A stretch of 63,227 bases of DNA, filler included, from Choristocarpus tenellus KU-1152 (GCA_964200185.2; 14 parts of 14 records of this genome joined end to end with filler, not necessarily neighbours in it); one strand, 5' to 3'. Counted from the first letter of the whole stretch, positions 1 through 12,981 are shown. Notes: generated by a model not told the origin, from the letters alone. Translations and numbers: made by a program.

Positions 1-12
1 TGTGTGTGTGCG

Positions 13-47
<35 letters not shown>

Positions 48-48
48 G
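1..48. repeat. (TG)n microsatellite
   Basis: Directly visible dinucleotide run at the window start. Confidence 0.95.
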
Positions 49-132
49 CTTTCAAAGCATCAGCCATAATTCAATCAAATTGTCGGTATAGCACATGAAA
101 GATAGTATACAATACTTGTTCAAAAGCAGCAC

Positions 133-236
133 CTTTTTTTCCCATGAAATGCAATTAGTATCAATTAGTATCAATTAGTATCAATTAGTCGCATGAATTT
201 TGACCCCCTCGACGATTATCACAACAGAGGGAAGTG
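133..236 (-). pseudogene. Possible VPS13/Chorein-like exon disrupted by a 10-bp tandem expansion
   Basis: tag|...LPSVVIIVEGVKIHATN[30-bp expansion with stops]CISWEKK|gtgctg; resembles the Chorein-downstream motif P..G..L..L...T..W; same strand as exon 989-1144. Confidence 0.3.
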
Positions 237-988
237 CTATACAGCCAGAATGTGTGTCCGTGTGTATTACTACATGCACATAACCTTCAAGTATAATACT
301 AAATACACCTACATTATGCACATGTGTGCATACTACTACATGCACAGAACCTTCAAAGCATAATACTAAATACACCTACATTGTGTGTATGCGTGTGTTA
401 ATACATGTACATCACTTTTTTTCGTTTCCTTCAATCGTTCTAATCAAGGAATGTCATTGGTTCAAACTACCGCGACGTTTGTTTCATACCAAAGACAGTT
501 ATGACTTTCTTTTCCTTCTAGACCACAAAAACACGAAACAGAACAGAAATTAATCTCTCTCATACTCTCTCATACTCTCTCATACTCTCTCAAATTGCAG
601 ATATCTCAGTGACAGTGCTTACTTTTGACACCACATCAACTCCAGATTGAAACATATTGCTGTCACAACTAGTACGCTGTAGTCTTCACAGCTTCCCAAT
701 CATTGACCCCGCCAGCAGTATGCACACTCAAAGACACAAACACACACAACAAGTACATGTCTCGCAAACAATAGAAACAAATATATATATACATATATAT
801 ATATATATATGTATCAACCCATAAACGCCTCCCAAAATTACATAAACAAAATGGTACACACACGTATGTTACCAAACCAAATAACCAACCTATTATTGAA
901 CATACCCTCCATCTCACCTCACATGCACATCTACCACATAACACACACCACGTAACACACGTAACACAACACATGCAACACACCTCAC

Positions 989-1144
989 GTGTACATCTCG
1001 TGTACGGAAGACAAAATTATTGATCAGCCTGTCGACCATCCCCCCCCACCACTTCCTCCTCCTCCCGTAAGTCCCCTCCACCAGGGAAGTAATGTAATCC
1101 GCATGCCACCGACGGAATCGCACCGCCTTCCTATAATACAAACC
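989..1144 (-). CDS. Internal exon, probable VPS13/Chorein N-terminal domain protein
   Basis: ttcag|GLYYRKAVRFRRWHADYITSLVEGTYGRRRKWWGGMVDRLINNFVFRTRDVH|gtgagg, 156 bp, phase 0/0; MVDRLINN...DVH matches the Chorein_N motif LV..II.N.....VHIRYE; candidate upstream exons near 1592-1650 and 2325-2490. Confidence 0.5.
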
Positions 1145-2834
1145 CTGAACGCGCACCCCCACAAAATGTAAGAGGAAGGAAGAGCAAGAGGAACCGAGAA
1201 ACGATGCTTTTGGACAGTGGAGAGGGGGGTGGGAATAACAGGAACAACAGTGTGGCTCTCCATGCAGAGGAAAACGAGCTGCCTTCCACAATGGTCCATC
1301 ACGAGGATAAAGACAGGCGTGTCAAGTAGATGCATACATCGGCGTGACGATCGGTCTCTTCCTTGCAACCCTAACCCTCAAACTGAAAGCGAACGTAATG
1401 AGGCTAGTCCCATCCCATCCTATCCCATCCCATCCCATCCCATCCCCACCCCCCTAACCCTTACACTGGATTTCAATGTGCAGGTCCTTCGTTCCTCTTC
1501 ACCCACGAAGCAACAAACAACACACGGTTATCCATGTCAAAGTCAATCAATCGATCAATCAATCAAGCGCATCGCTGCCGTCCACCTCCTCAAACCTGCC
1601 AACACTTCAGCTGCACTGGCGTGTGAAGGCTTCCCAAGGAGTGCAACGCCCTGCAGGCTGGGCAGGCGTGTAAAATCCCAAGAGGGAACAAGCATGCCCC
1701 ACACGACACACAGCAGAGCACTCTCCAAACAATGACAAAAAAAAAGGCATAATCAGGTGCAATTCGCTACTCCTCTGAAACTTTTGCGTAGTGCTAAGAC
1801 ACGCCCCAGAGCACTACAGAGCCAACGAAAATGTTAACAGGGTAAGAAAAGTGTATGTGATGGTTTCAAGTGTTTGCCCAGAACTAAGCTGGTTGCTCTC
1901 TCTCTCTCTCTCTCTTGGACTCTCAAACAGGGGCATTTCCCAACATCACAAGTCGCTCTTACTGCATCATGCACTGCACCTCTTCCCCTTTCCACTTCAA
2001 CCCCAATCTCAAATCTCGATAAATACACTCAAGCAGTAGACTCAAGCACTAAAACTAACCCTAACCCTAATCCTACACTCAGAAGTGCCAACTTGGTTGA
2101 AGCACATTCGAGCCCAACCTCGTGTACGCCAAAGCCCCTCACGCTTCCTCACAAGCTCCCCAAGGAACAAGGTAATGTTGCACTTCTACTGCACATTATA
2201 ACAGCGAGCAAGGTTTCCTTTTAGCTCTTCCTTTCACTCTCCATTGTAGATCCGAATATTACCATCTACCCCAGTACGAATATTACATACGCTTGTACAT
2301 CAAAAAAAAAAAAAAAAAAATCACCTCGGTTTTACTTCCGCCCTCTCCAAAGAGTCGTTTCCGCACACAACGGACCGTGCACTTCAAGTACCCGTAACAC
2401 AAGCGTACCGCCTGCTCACACCCAAACCCGTTTGATTGAGCATCTACGAACATTACGACTGTAGCCCGGTGCTTGGTCACACCGATAGTGTACTTTCAAA
2501 GTACAACACACACACACACATACTTCAAAATACGCTTGTGTATGTAACTGTACGTACCGCCCCGGTGGTCATGCATCTCACTGTTCAAATCTCACTCTGC
2601 CGAAGTACATTGTTCCCCTTAAACTTGAACCAAATCCTCAAACACAAACTGAAAACTAACCCTAATCCTGACATAGCACTGGATCACAGGGCCACCGGTC
2701 TCGTCCGGAGCAATAATCACGGGCCTGTGGTACAGTGGTATCTCAGTATATTGACACAATCAGAGGCCAGCACTACACGAGTTAATCTGTGAGCAATTTC
2801 GATAGTAGTGAATGTGAATATTAGAATCAATTGA

Positions 2835-3016
2835 GGCTCAAAGCATCTGGGGGGTGGTGGTGGTTGTCCATTCAGGGCCCATTTTTCCATGTCACAGTTC
2901 TTGGGTGATTTGGTTGCATGTGTTGGATGGATAATGTAAGTGCACTTTTCTTGGTCAGGGCCCGAATGGACACCCTGATGTAGACCCCCCCCCCCTCCCC
3001 CCAGATACTTTGAGCC
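2835..3016 (+). mobile_element. MITE family B, complete copy (182 bp)
   Basis: TIRs GGCTCAAAGCATCTGGGGG...CCCCCAGATACTTTGAGCC with 3-bp TSD TGA (2832-34, 3017-19); internal sequence matches 62035-62217 in reverse orientation. Confidence 0.9.
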
Positions 3017-3019
3017 TGA

Positions 3020-3410
3020 ATCACAACAATATTTTTGATGATACTGCTATTAATCGAATCCGAAAATTGAGATGGAGTTGACATTGAGAGGCTACTTCCT
3101 ACATGAATGTACTCCTCACTCTCTCATCTATCGCACACCTCAAACCATGCACCATGTCTACGTTTCAATTACAACCAAAAATCACCGAAATTATTCCACC
3201 ATGATGAATTAAACATTATATTCAAACAAAGTTCTCTAGATTCACAAAAACTCCTCATTTTCCAACTAAACATTGCCTAGTCCTTGACAGGTCATCTCAA
3301 TATCCATGTCTCCCACTGAGCCTACCCAGGACGTCATCAGAGCCCACATTCATCCTCCCACTGTAAAAAGAGTCTGGTGACTGGAGGTTTAACCAACCCA
3401 TAACCAGAGT
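3020..3410 (-). mobile_element. Decayed Ty1/copia 5' internal region (PBS-like site plus gag start)
   Basis: Minus-strand GGTTATGGG, typical of copia half-tRNA-Met primer sites, followed by a broken frame D*AMFSWKMRSFCESREL resembling the copia gag N-terminus. Confidence 0.3.
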
Positions 3411-6400
3411 TTTTTTTAAGATTTGGTGTTATTACTGCTGTGTATCAGAGGGGCAGATCTCACTCAAGACTTTCGGCCTCATGGTAAGTTGGCATCTCAG
3501 TATTTCACTAACCCTCACAATAAAAAACAAGAGGGCTGTCTTGTATGTCATACTCTCATTCTTGTGAAGCTTTCATCAAAAAGAGAACTGTTCACTGTGA
3601 ACCATGGCTCAGTTGTAACAATCTTGTACACAATTGTTGACGCTACACAGTGTGGATATTGAGAAAAGGTCGGATCATGAAGCAGACACACATGTTTGTA
3701 TGTTATGCATGCCAATACATCACCTACAAGTAGTGGGGGTGAGGAGTGGGACCGTCTACTTAGAGCCAATCCAAGCTTAGACACAGGAATAGAAATAGAT
3801 TCTTCCTTGCAGCAATCCAAGCACACGACATCTCTAACATCATGGCAACATGGGCAGGAGAGTCTTGAAGGGTGCAAAAGGGGGGAGTTGAGTCTCTAGA
3901 ACAAGGAAAGCACATTATGACACAAGGTGAAGCCCCCCCCTCTCCGCCTCCCTCCCCCCACACCACCCACTCTTCTTGTCCCTCTTATCTACACAACCTT
4001 GTATGTTTGTAATACTTCAATTGTAGCATATTCTGTAGGTAGCACAAGCACGATAACAATTGGAAATCCAGATATTGACGATGTGCTTGAAGTGTTTGGT
4101 TTTGGATGCAGGAGGGGGGGTGGAAACTGAGGGACTGAAGCACAAATTGTCTCTCACCTCATCCCACTCATCCTCATGTGTCCTACGCCCAAAGGTTCTG
4201 ATTCCAGTCGCCTCAGTCTCCAGCGATCCAATCTGCCAGAGCCTTGAGGGGGATAGGCACATTTTGACCACATCTGCCCGGCAAGATTCTACTTTCATGG
4301 GGATCGGCCCATGCATGTACCTATTTTCGAGTGGGCAAGGGAAGAAATGGAATAGATTGGACGGAATGGGAGTGGAGTTGCCAAGGGTCAGCTGCGACTT
4401 GCAAAGGCACACAGGGTGAAGTAGTAGCAAACGAAGGGACCACAAACGACACCTCAGTAGACAGCGTACAGTGAGGTGATTACGGTGTTGTCTAGGCAAA
4501 GTGCTCTGCTGATAGTGGACATCAACAACACTTGTCCTACCAACAGCAGCTACACCTCGGCCATCGATTTGCTGGAAGTAGTTGTGGTACAAAATCTTGT
4601 AGCTTTGTAAATCATAGGGTTCGACCTCAGTAACAATCCTTCCGCTGGCCTCCCCAAACATATTCCTGTCAGGAGCATTACCGACCCCCACCTGTTCACC
4701 AGGTTGATGATCCACTCTGTGGCAATCGGATCGTGAAGGACGAGAAACAGATAGCCGTTAATCCATTCCAGTTCTACTTGGACCTCATCCATATCCACGC
4801 AGCGGGTGACCTGGACAATACTCCTCGCAATGGTTGCCATGATTCCCGGCATCAGCGCCCTACCTGCACCCCACACGAACAGGAGTACTAACACAAACAC
4901 GGCAACCACGAACCCGTGGATGGAGCCATTTGACATACTCAATGCAGCGACCGCAATCGCTGATCCCACAGGAGTTAGAACATTCAACAAGGGAGCCATG
5001 ACTTAGGCATAAGGTTTCTGAGCTGTTCGTACTGGTGAACACAATATCAAGTCCTGTGCTGCCTCTCTCTCTGCCTCTTCTGGAAAGGTTTCTGTATGAC
5101 AGACCTCTCCTCTGCAAGCATCAGCAAGCAGAAATATACACTTCGATCTGACGAACCACGGCAGGGAACCGCGAGAGACTCTGTGGCGTTGTGATCTAGG
5201 AGTAAAGGTTATGTTTTCCTTACATTCACCAAAACTCTTGTCGAAGGTCAACTTCACACTCCAAGGCTGTCTCGAGAAACGCTGAAATTGAAACTAGTGT
5301 ACACAACCATCGTCCTAAGGTTAATCCTTCGACATCACCGTCATCACATCAGCATCCGAGACCTCAACTCAAGAACTACTCAAACAAGTTCCTAGTAAAT
5401 TGAATTAAGATGGTGTATTTGTGATGAAAAGGAGGTGTAGTGAGGTCCTCGCCTCCCAGGGGTTTCGAACCCCGCCATATCAGTTTCTCTTCAGAGATGG
5501 TTCTAATGTAGGAAAGCTTTTCTACCTCTCTCAACCTTACGCAACCATGCAGTTCCACGCTTCGGAAAGATAGGCGTGCACACTGAGCCCGCTTTACTTG
5601 CGAAGCTAAGTCTAAGAGCTCTGGGAGAACACCAGCAGTGAACTATTGGGAGAAGAGAGCTGAAAGTTCGCATCTAGACAGAATTTGTCATGTCAACTAA
5701 TTGGCCTACAGCAGGGCGAGGGCAATTAACCCCACCCCCTCGGCCCCCACCCTCGCAATTCACTCTGGATATTGCAGAGATGCAACCATTGAGTAGCAAT
5801 ATGAAGCCGCCCTCGGATGAGTTAGATTCACCGGAAGGCCTGTCTTCTAGACGGGCTTCTCCCATGAGCTCTCTCCTCAGCTCCCCAAATACTCCAGCCT
5901 CATCAACGGGCTCCCCTGATCACTTGAGCTTGCCTGACGATATTGGACCAACTCCAAGAAAGCTGCTGTCGAAGTCTCCTGAAGGGTCACCCTTACCAAG
6001 GCGAGTCGGTGTTTCCGTCTTTCTCTGGTCCCATCCGAAAGTCTCTTCACCAACCCATCAGCCAGCATGCAGCAGCGTTGAAGATTTGGCAGGCATAAGA
6101 CCGGGCGGATGAATCCCACTCCACTCAATGAGGTCTATGAGAAATAATTGACTGAAGACACGGCATAAACTGGTTTATTCTCACGGGCGTCAACTACAAG
6201 GAACCCAATTTGATTGCCTTTCTCGTAACGCTGCTCGGATTCTCTTTGCAGACGCTTGTGCCCGTGCCCCCTATCGATCTGAGCTCAGGTGGAGCATGGG
6301 GTCTGGGGGTGGAAGAGAGAAGGGCAAGTACATGGTAGTAGGCGTTCTATCGAGTGCTCTCGATCTTGCCAAAGCGGCTGTAGCGCACGACGAGCAACAG

Positions 6401-6856
6401 GCTCCTCCAGAAAAAGTCCTCCCCTACTACAAGAAGGTGTGTTCCTACTACAGCCCATCCTCTTGATCTCATGATCAAGGCCTCCTTCCTGTGGTTGAGA
6501 TAAATGCCAACAAATCTTGCTATGAGAAATTACACACACACTTTAACACACAAAGGCACAATATTTGTAGAAGTGCCTTTTGAATCACACCAGTACCACA
6601 AAACTCTGTATTTTTGGTCCCTAAAATTCCTGAAAGGCAATTCGAGCAATCAACACAGTGTTAAAACTACTACCAGAGGACGTGGCGGAGACTGCAGGCA
6701 TCAGGGGTCACAGGGATGCCTACGAAGGAAGGGTGATACAGCTCCAGTGAGCTTGGGGGGAGGGTGGGGGGGAGAGAGGGGGGGAAAGGAAGAGCAATGA
6801 AGGGAGTGCCAGGGGAGGGGGCAAGGGGGGAGTGTGGAGGAAGTAGATTGGACGAA

Positions 6857-6956
6857 NNNNNNNNNNNNNNNNNNNNNNNNNNNNNNNNNNNNNNNNNNNN
6901 TTAATTAATTAANNNNNNNNNNNNNNNNNNNNNNNNNNNNNNNNNNNNNNNNNNNN
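6857..6956. other. Artificial contig linker N44-TTAATTAATTAA-N44 (first of 13; others at 10987-11086, 15282-15381, 20139-20238, 23455-23554, 27976-28075, 31575-31674, 39243-39342, 42205-42304, 45763-45862, 49912-50011, 54813-54912, 60298-60397)
   Basis: Identical 100-bp N spacer with a six-frame stop 12-mer at every junction; a standard way to concatenate unplaced contigs. Confidence 0.98.
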
Positions 6957-7795
6957 TGAATCCTAGGTACACCATATGCATTTCATCCCCCCCCTTCCCT
7001 CCCCCCAAAATCCAGGCTATCATTCCATTGTATATCGGTTGTGTCAAATGTTTTTCTCCTTTGAGAGCCCGAGGGTATTACTGCATATCCTGGTGGCAAC
7101 AAGATAGCCCTACTGGGTAGTTTTGAGTTAGCCTAACTGTTATCATGAGGGGTTTACACAATGTCTTGAAGGGGGTCTGTCTTGCATGTAAAGGAAGGGC
7201 AGAAAATGCTTGGCCTCTACCAAGAGCTGAAATCCACTCCAATCAGTACTGTTTTTGGGGGCAATTTGTGTAGCATGTGATTTGGGGGCACACGCAATCG
7301 TGACAACAATGCAGACTATATCGGTAGACAACAACCAAGTGTTGTGCCGATCTTTAGAACTTGATTGACTGTAAAATATGGGCGTATGTAGTAATGTCTA
7401 GGGGTGCTGCTTATGTGTTGTTTGGCTAGCTTTTCAACCTCTCAGTAGCATGTGTTCTTGATGCAAATTACTATAGTTGCTGTGACCCCTGAAGAAATGA
7501 GAATGTAGAGGAATGGAAATCTATATTGCTGTAGCATCTACTTCATTGTGAAGTGACACCCCAGTTGTTCTATATTCTGGGGCAGATGATGAACTTGGCA
7601 GGAAGAGTAGTATCCACTTCCTCTAGTTGACAGTGGTGATTTTAATGTTGCTCACATTGAGGCATGCCTGTACCATCAGAGCCAGCGACTCACTGTGCCC
7701 CCTTCCCCTCTCACTCCCTGTAGTTGAGCAAGCACTGATAAGACTTCATTCACAACCTTTGTTCTTTCTGTAATTGCTCTTGATAACACATACAG

Positions 7796-7898
7796 GAGTC
7801 ATCTTCGCCTGGTTTATGAAGGAAACCCTATGGGCTTTGTGGTTGAACAGGCCGGGGGGCGTGCGTCAACTGGTGCGCAACCCATGCTGGACATGCAG
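7796..7898 (+). CDS. FBP: Fructose-1,6-bisphosphatase (cpFBPase II-like), penultimate exon
   Basis: tacag|(R)[34 protein letters not shown]|gtgagg; class I FBPase signature LRL.YE.NP...EQAGG; the HLRLVYE form is typical of the plastid FBPase II clade. Confidence 0.93.
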
Positions 7899-8567
7899 GT
7901 GAGGGCGTCTTCAATTGGTGTGATCAAATTGCCAATCGCAGATTGGAAGGGGCTCCAAGATTGTGTATTTACGCCCAAATCGAATTGGATGGCATCCCAT
8001 GCTGCCCTAGTAATGGTTGTATCACAGGCGAGCACGCTGAGGAGTTCAGATGGTTGTTCTTGTGATTAGAGCTGCTTGCTTGCTTTGGTACTGTGCATAT
8101 TTTTTAAAGGTTGTGGTTGGTTTGAACTTTTGGTAGGGAAAAAAGTTTTCTGTCTGGCATGGTGCTGCTGGAATTGATGCAGATGGGTTCTTGTTTCATT
8201 GATTTGTATGATTATAATACTCCCAAGTGGTTGCAGGAATTTGTGCAGGGCGATATAACAATGACAACGTAGTCTGGATGGAGGTGTCTATGGACTCTCT
8301 GCGACTGTGTGATAGTTTTGTATACTTGTGTATTTGGGGATAAGGTGAGAAGAAGAGAAACTTCGGATTGTATTGGTGTTTTTATTCAGGCCCACTATTG
8401 CTAAGAAGTATTATATTGTATCTCGACCATGGTCCATTCGTATATATGTCTAACTGTGTATTCAGAGAGTAATTAGCCGTATGGTAGTTGACCCTTCTTC
8501 CTCACCCTCCTTGAGCTAACATCTGATGCCTGTCTTTCACCCCAATCACACTGCTTCGTATTGGCAG

Positions 8568-8681
8568 CCTTCTGAGATTCACCAACGCACCCCTACATTC
8601 TTGGGATCAGTCGAGGACGTACTGGAGATAGAGAGCTATGGTGATGTGCAGCAATTGGGAAATAAGAAGTACAGTGTTTGA
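8568..8681 (+). CDS. FBP: Fructose-1,6-bisphosphatase (cpFBPase II-like), terminal exon
   Basis: ggcag|PSEIHQRTPTFLGSVEDVLEIESYGDVQQLGNKKYSV*; HQR.P.FLGS motif plus the ESYGDVQQ tail of FBPase II; phase 0 matches the preceding exon. Confidence 0.93.
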   Translation, partial: PSEIHQRTPTFLGSVEDVLEIESYGDVQQLGNKKYSV

Positions 8682-10455
8682 GATTTGTGTGTCTCTACAA
8701 AGCATGAGAAATATGTGCACCCCTAATGTTGTTTGTTGAAAAGCAGATGGGCATCTTGTGTCCAAGGAACTAGAGTTAGTTGGTCTATAGAATAGAAAGC
8801 AATGATGCACCTTTTTTGGAATAGTTTTTTTCTTTTTCTTTTATTGTCTGTTTTGTTATGGTGGCGATTTACTGATGCTCCCTGTTTTTTTGCATCTCTA
8901 GCTCCATCCAATTTTTTAGTTTGCCCCTTTACATACAAGTTCAAGGTGTTGAAGAAGTTAACTCTTCACCTGCCACTACCCTCTCTGAATGAGGAAAGTT
9001 CACCACTGCTTTGTGTAAAATGTGTACTAATTTCCAAGAATTGGTCTGAGACGTGACCTTATCTTCCTGAGTGCATTGTGCATTTTGTTCTGCTAGTGGA
9101 AAGAGGGTAGAGACGCAGATGGATGACACACTGCCAAGATCACAGCACACGATCCAAAAAGGTGCTGTCTTCTGCGGGCACTGGAAGAACAAATTGGTTC
9201 TCTGGTGTACATAGGGCTGTGGAATAGGGGTAGTGTTGTCCTAATTTACTTTGTATCATTAAAACAACTGACTAAATACGCCCATACACTGCCAGAACAA
9301 ATACCTAACGGGTCCACTTTTTGAACACAATGGCTTCTTTCGATTGCTGTGTAAAATCTCGAGCTTTCAGCAAGTTACTCGTATGAATCACATCTGGCAG
9401 CACTGCGTGTTGCTTTGTTGGTGAGGCTGTGAAGACATGACGTGCTAGGGTTGAAGAGAAGTTTTCTTACCTCGGACAATGTAACGCTTGTTAGACACAA
9501 CATTTAGCATCATAATCGGCACTGCACTGTCTGGACAATGGAATTAGGGAGCAAACGGCCAAATGCACTGGGTTGTCCTGTGCAACGGACATCGCGGACT
9601 GATTTGACTCAAGTGTTCACCGAGTAACAGCCATTACAGGTTTAGAGCTAATGGCTGGGAGTGCTGTCCTGTACAATGGTTGTTGTGGAGTATGTAGGCC
9701 CAAGTGTTATCCAGGACACTGGACATTACAAAGCAAATGGGACTGGTCATCTGCTGGAAAGCTGATATTATGAGCGAGTACAATTAGAGTATGTATTGCA
9801 ATTGGCCTTTTCTTTTGTCATCAAATTCTTGATTTCTTCTATTTTTCGCTCTCTGTAACCGTAAGAATAATGTGTCTCTAAGAATAATAATACGGAAGTG
9901 GGCCCCTTCGTGGAATAATGGTCAAGTAAACAGAACCCAAAATTGTTGAGGCGAACTGATAATGTTACGGAAAAGTGGACTCGGAAGTTCAATGGATAGC
10001 TAACGTTGTGGAGCAAGGGGTGTCGAATGTTGTTGCCCTGACACTGGATGTTATGTGCAAGGCTTGTGCTAGACATCGGACGGCATAGAGAAACTACCTC
10101 CCAAATGTTGTACAGACTGGATGTTGTGATTGATAGTGATGATTTTTTTTAATGCCCGTTTTAGGTTTAATATGGCCAGATATTCCAGGGCAATGTACTC
10201 CATTATGCGTTGAGTGTCGCAAAGTTTGAGGTGTGAAAATTTCAAAGACACACAATCCATGCACATCGTTGAAAGTAAAACATCTTTTCGTTGTTGTGGA
10301 AAACGCACCTTGATAGAGAGAATACTATGGAGGAGCATTGTAGGAAATGACACAATAACAGCTACATATTAGTACTCTAAATACACTCATGAATATAGGA
10401 GTACTTTAAGATCAAGAATCGATACATGGCCAGTGAGTGCTTGAGAGTCAAACCA

Positions 10456-10693
10456 GTGAAGATATAGACAGGGTTACATTTCAAGGATCCCAAGAAGGGC
10501 AAAAATACACAATGTTGCACAGTTTTAGAAACAGCCTTTGGTTAATTTCGGTGTCACTTTGTGTGTGGAAAGCAGGAATATCATTTTTTCGTACACTATT
10601 GTGGACATGAAGTAATGAAATACAGAGTACATATTTTCACAGTTCAAGAAATATGACTTAGAATGCAAAATAATCCAAACTTGCCTACCTCAC
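10456..10693 (+). mobile_element. MITE family C, old copy
   Basis: Internal ggatcccaagaagggcaaaa...cgtacactattgt...ccaaacttgcctacctcac matches 34886-35116 and 56166-56365; left end degraded and approximate. Confidence 0.7.
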
Positions 10694-11086
10694 AATTCGT
10701 TAGAGTTGGTATTGCTTACAGCAGAAAAAGATGCCTTCCTCTGATGATATATATGAATACAATTAAGGACATACGTAAGACATACGTGGCACATAATAAA
10801 GGAGTTCTTCCTTTTTACTTCGAAGTACTACTTCTTATCATTATAAAGTGGTACCAATAGCTTCGCGGTCTGTGGCAATCTTCCTTTTTTTCACTTTCTT
10901 GCCACGAGAGGTATGCAACAATATATATATCAAATGAATGCCTATAACAGGGGATCCTCAAAATTGGGGATGGCCCCGGACTATGGNNNNNNNNNNNNNN
11001 NNNNNNNNNNNNNNNNNNNNNNNNNNNNNNTTAATTAATTAANNNNNNNNNNNNNNNNNNNNNNNNNNNNNNNNNNNNNNNNNNNN

Positions 11087-11423
11087 ATAAACATCATTTT
11101 TAAAAAGCGCTCGTAATCGTTTCCATCCTATCCATGAAGCTTATGATTGATTTCCCAGCTCACCACGATTAATTACTCAATTCCACGATTGATTTCCCAG
11201 GAATGCCATGATTGTTAGTCGATACGACGATTGATTTCTCAGCTCACCACGATTAATTACTCGATTCCACGATTGATTTCCCACGAATGCCACGATTGTT
11301 AGTCGATTCCACGATTGATTTCCCATTTTTGTACCAAGTGGTACAAAACGATATTGTATCACATCAATTCTGTACCTATTTTTTTGGCATGCCCATGGGT
11401 GAACAAAATCGGGGCGCCTACTG
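11087..11423. mobile_element. Terminal part of a Tc1/mariner-pogo-like element
   Basis: Ends aaaatcggggcgcctaCTG|TA (CAGTAG terminus plus TA target); a near-identical terminus aaaataggggcacctaCTG|TA is at 15600-15620. Confidence 0.6.
11145..11324. repeat. 42-bp tandem array with alternating A/B units (84-bp higher-order repeat), subterminal to a TIR
   Basis: gattgattt(c/t)cca recurs at 11145, 11187, 11229, 11271, 11313. Confidence 0.9.
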
Positions 11424-11738
11424 TATCAATATTTACTGGTACAAATAACTAACTCCTATACACGTCTTTTTTTTCACCATTTCGTTTGGTTTTCACTCAA
11501 AATCTGAACAAGAAAAAGAGAACTAGGTGGACAGGTGTGGTTTGTGGGAGTTGTACTACAAATTTCAGTTTGATTAAGATGACGTCATGTATTGTGTAAG
11601 ACCTCCCAGTATCACACCACTCTACCTTAATGTCTAACGTGGGAAAGCCAATGCCGATACAAAGTTCTTGGAACAATAAATCATGGCTTGTGAGGATGCG
11701 GTTATGGGCATAGGCTTCGAGTTGAATGCTGTAGTATC

Positions 11739-12981
11739 ATGGGTACTGAGGAGACTGAAGAACACGTGTGGTTCAAAGATAACTGCCAGTCATTTGAAGT
11801 CGTTCCCATCGTCCATGCAGCAAGATCAGTGAAGGAATGCAGAGGCACAGTTTCACAGAATGCGAGACATGCCTTGACAATGCAAGCATACATGGATGCG
11901 GCGGTCCCAGGATTCTTGAAGTGGTTAGAAGAGGAAGCCCCGAAGTTGACCCCCCCCGACTCTTACGAAGGAAGTGTTGGTGCAGACAACATTGGGAAAC
12001 CGGAAGAAGACCATTCCGAAGAAATTCCTATGTTCAAACACTTTGACATGGTCCAGGTGGACCAATGCGCAGAAGATTGTCACCAACATATACATCTCCC
12101 TCTGGGTGACGTGAGTACGACGGTAGATGTTGCTTGACCTCCTGATGTATTGCACGTCACCTTCGTAGGTTACGCACCTGAAATCCATAATTACAACGCT
12201 CAGTGGGGAGCATCTTAACATACACACATCCAACACTTTTCTTGCTTCCCAGTCTTGTTCGCGGAGGAAAGTTGCGGTCTGGGGAGCAGGAGACGGACTG
12301 CCTATAGAAGCTCTGTGACTGGTTGTTGGAGGAACAGGAGAAATCAAGGATTACTAGGAGTATTATCGATCTTGTTGGGGGGGGAGGGGACGAGGGCGAT
12401 TCTCCAGCGGCAACTGAGGCTAAAGTGGTGGGGTCTGAGTCAGCAGGTCCAACATCCAGTCCTGCCAGCGCGACCCCAGAAAGGCTGAGCCAGGAACTAC
12501 CCTCTCCTGGATCAGGGGAGAGACATTTGCCCCAGGTTTCCCCTATTCCCCCCCTTCTAAAAAAAATGCCAGATGGTTGGGTCCCTCCATATCTTGCCCT
12601 GTTTGCAGCATATGCGCCCCGGTCCAATGATGTGCTCTAAGACTTTGATGTGAGTGTGAGAGAGGGACCCGCACAAGAAGGGTCCACGTCCTCATGTGAC
12701 TTAAGGAAGGATGGAGGGTCGGTGAAGCCCTCTTCAATGGAGGGTGTGGAGGCAATGAGGGGGTCCGGGCTATTAGCAAACCCAGGATTGAGGAGCCGAC
12801 AGCAGTTATGGAGGGCTGCTAAGGAGGACTTGAAGTTGGAAGCAGAGTCAAGGAAAAAAAGTAGGATGGATGACCACATTAATGGTGCCCTCGTATCCAC
12901 ATTGGATGATGCAACTAGAGACATGAGGAGGCATGTAGATATAATGGCAGAAAGGACTACTGGTAGGGAAGATAAGCACAA
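11739..12981 (+). pseudogene. Decayed, spliced ORF; probable Myb/SANT-like accessory gene of a Harbinger-type transposon
   Basis: Chained ORFs 11739-12137, 12323-12640, 12650-12981 with frameshift and stop; contains TLTWSRWTNAQKIVTNIYISLW, GWVPPYLALFAAYAP and a C-terminal coiled coil; gtgagt donor near 12111; converges on a Harbinger transposase relic; cut by MITE A. Confidence 0.4.

Noticed and set aside
6901-6912. Recurring TTAATTAATTAA palindrome as a biological site, and any gene-neighbourhood argument across it
   Set aside because: Always centred in an identical N spacer; it is an assembly linker, so adjacent contigs are not linked
9700-10350. Second Harbinger-like transposase relic (a similar hint at about 57250-57750)
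   Set aside because: Only scattered two- or three-residue motif hints across many stops; not supportable by eye
11145-11324. CRISPR-like repeat-spacer array
   Set aside because: Spacers alternate ABAB rather than being unique, the context is eukaryotic and there are no cas genes; it is a tandem repeat
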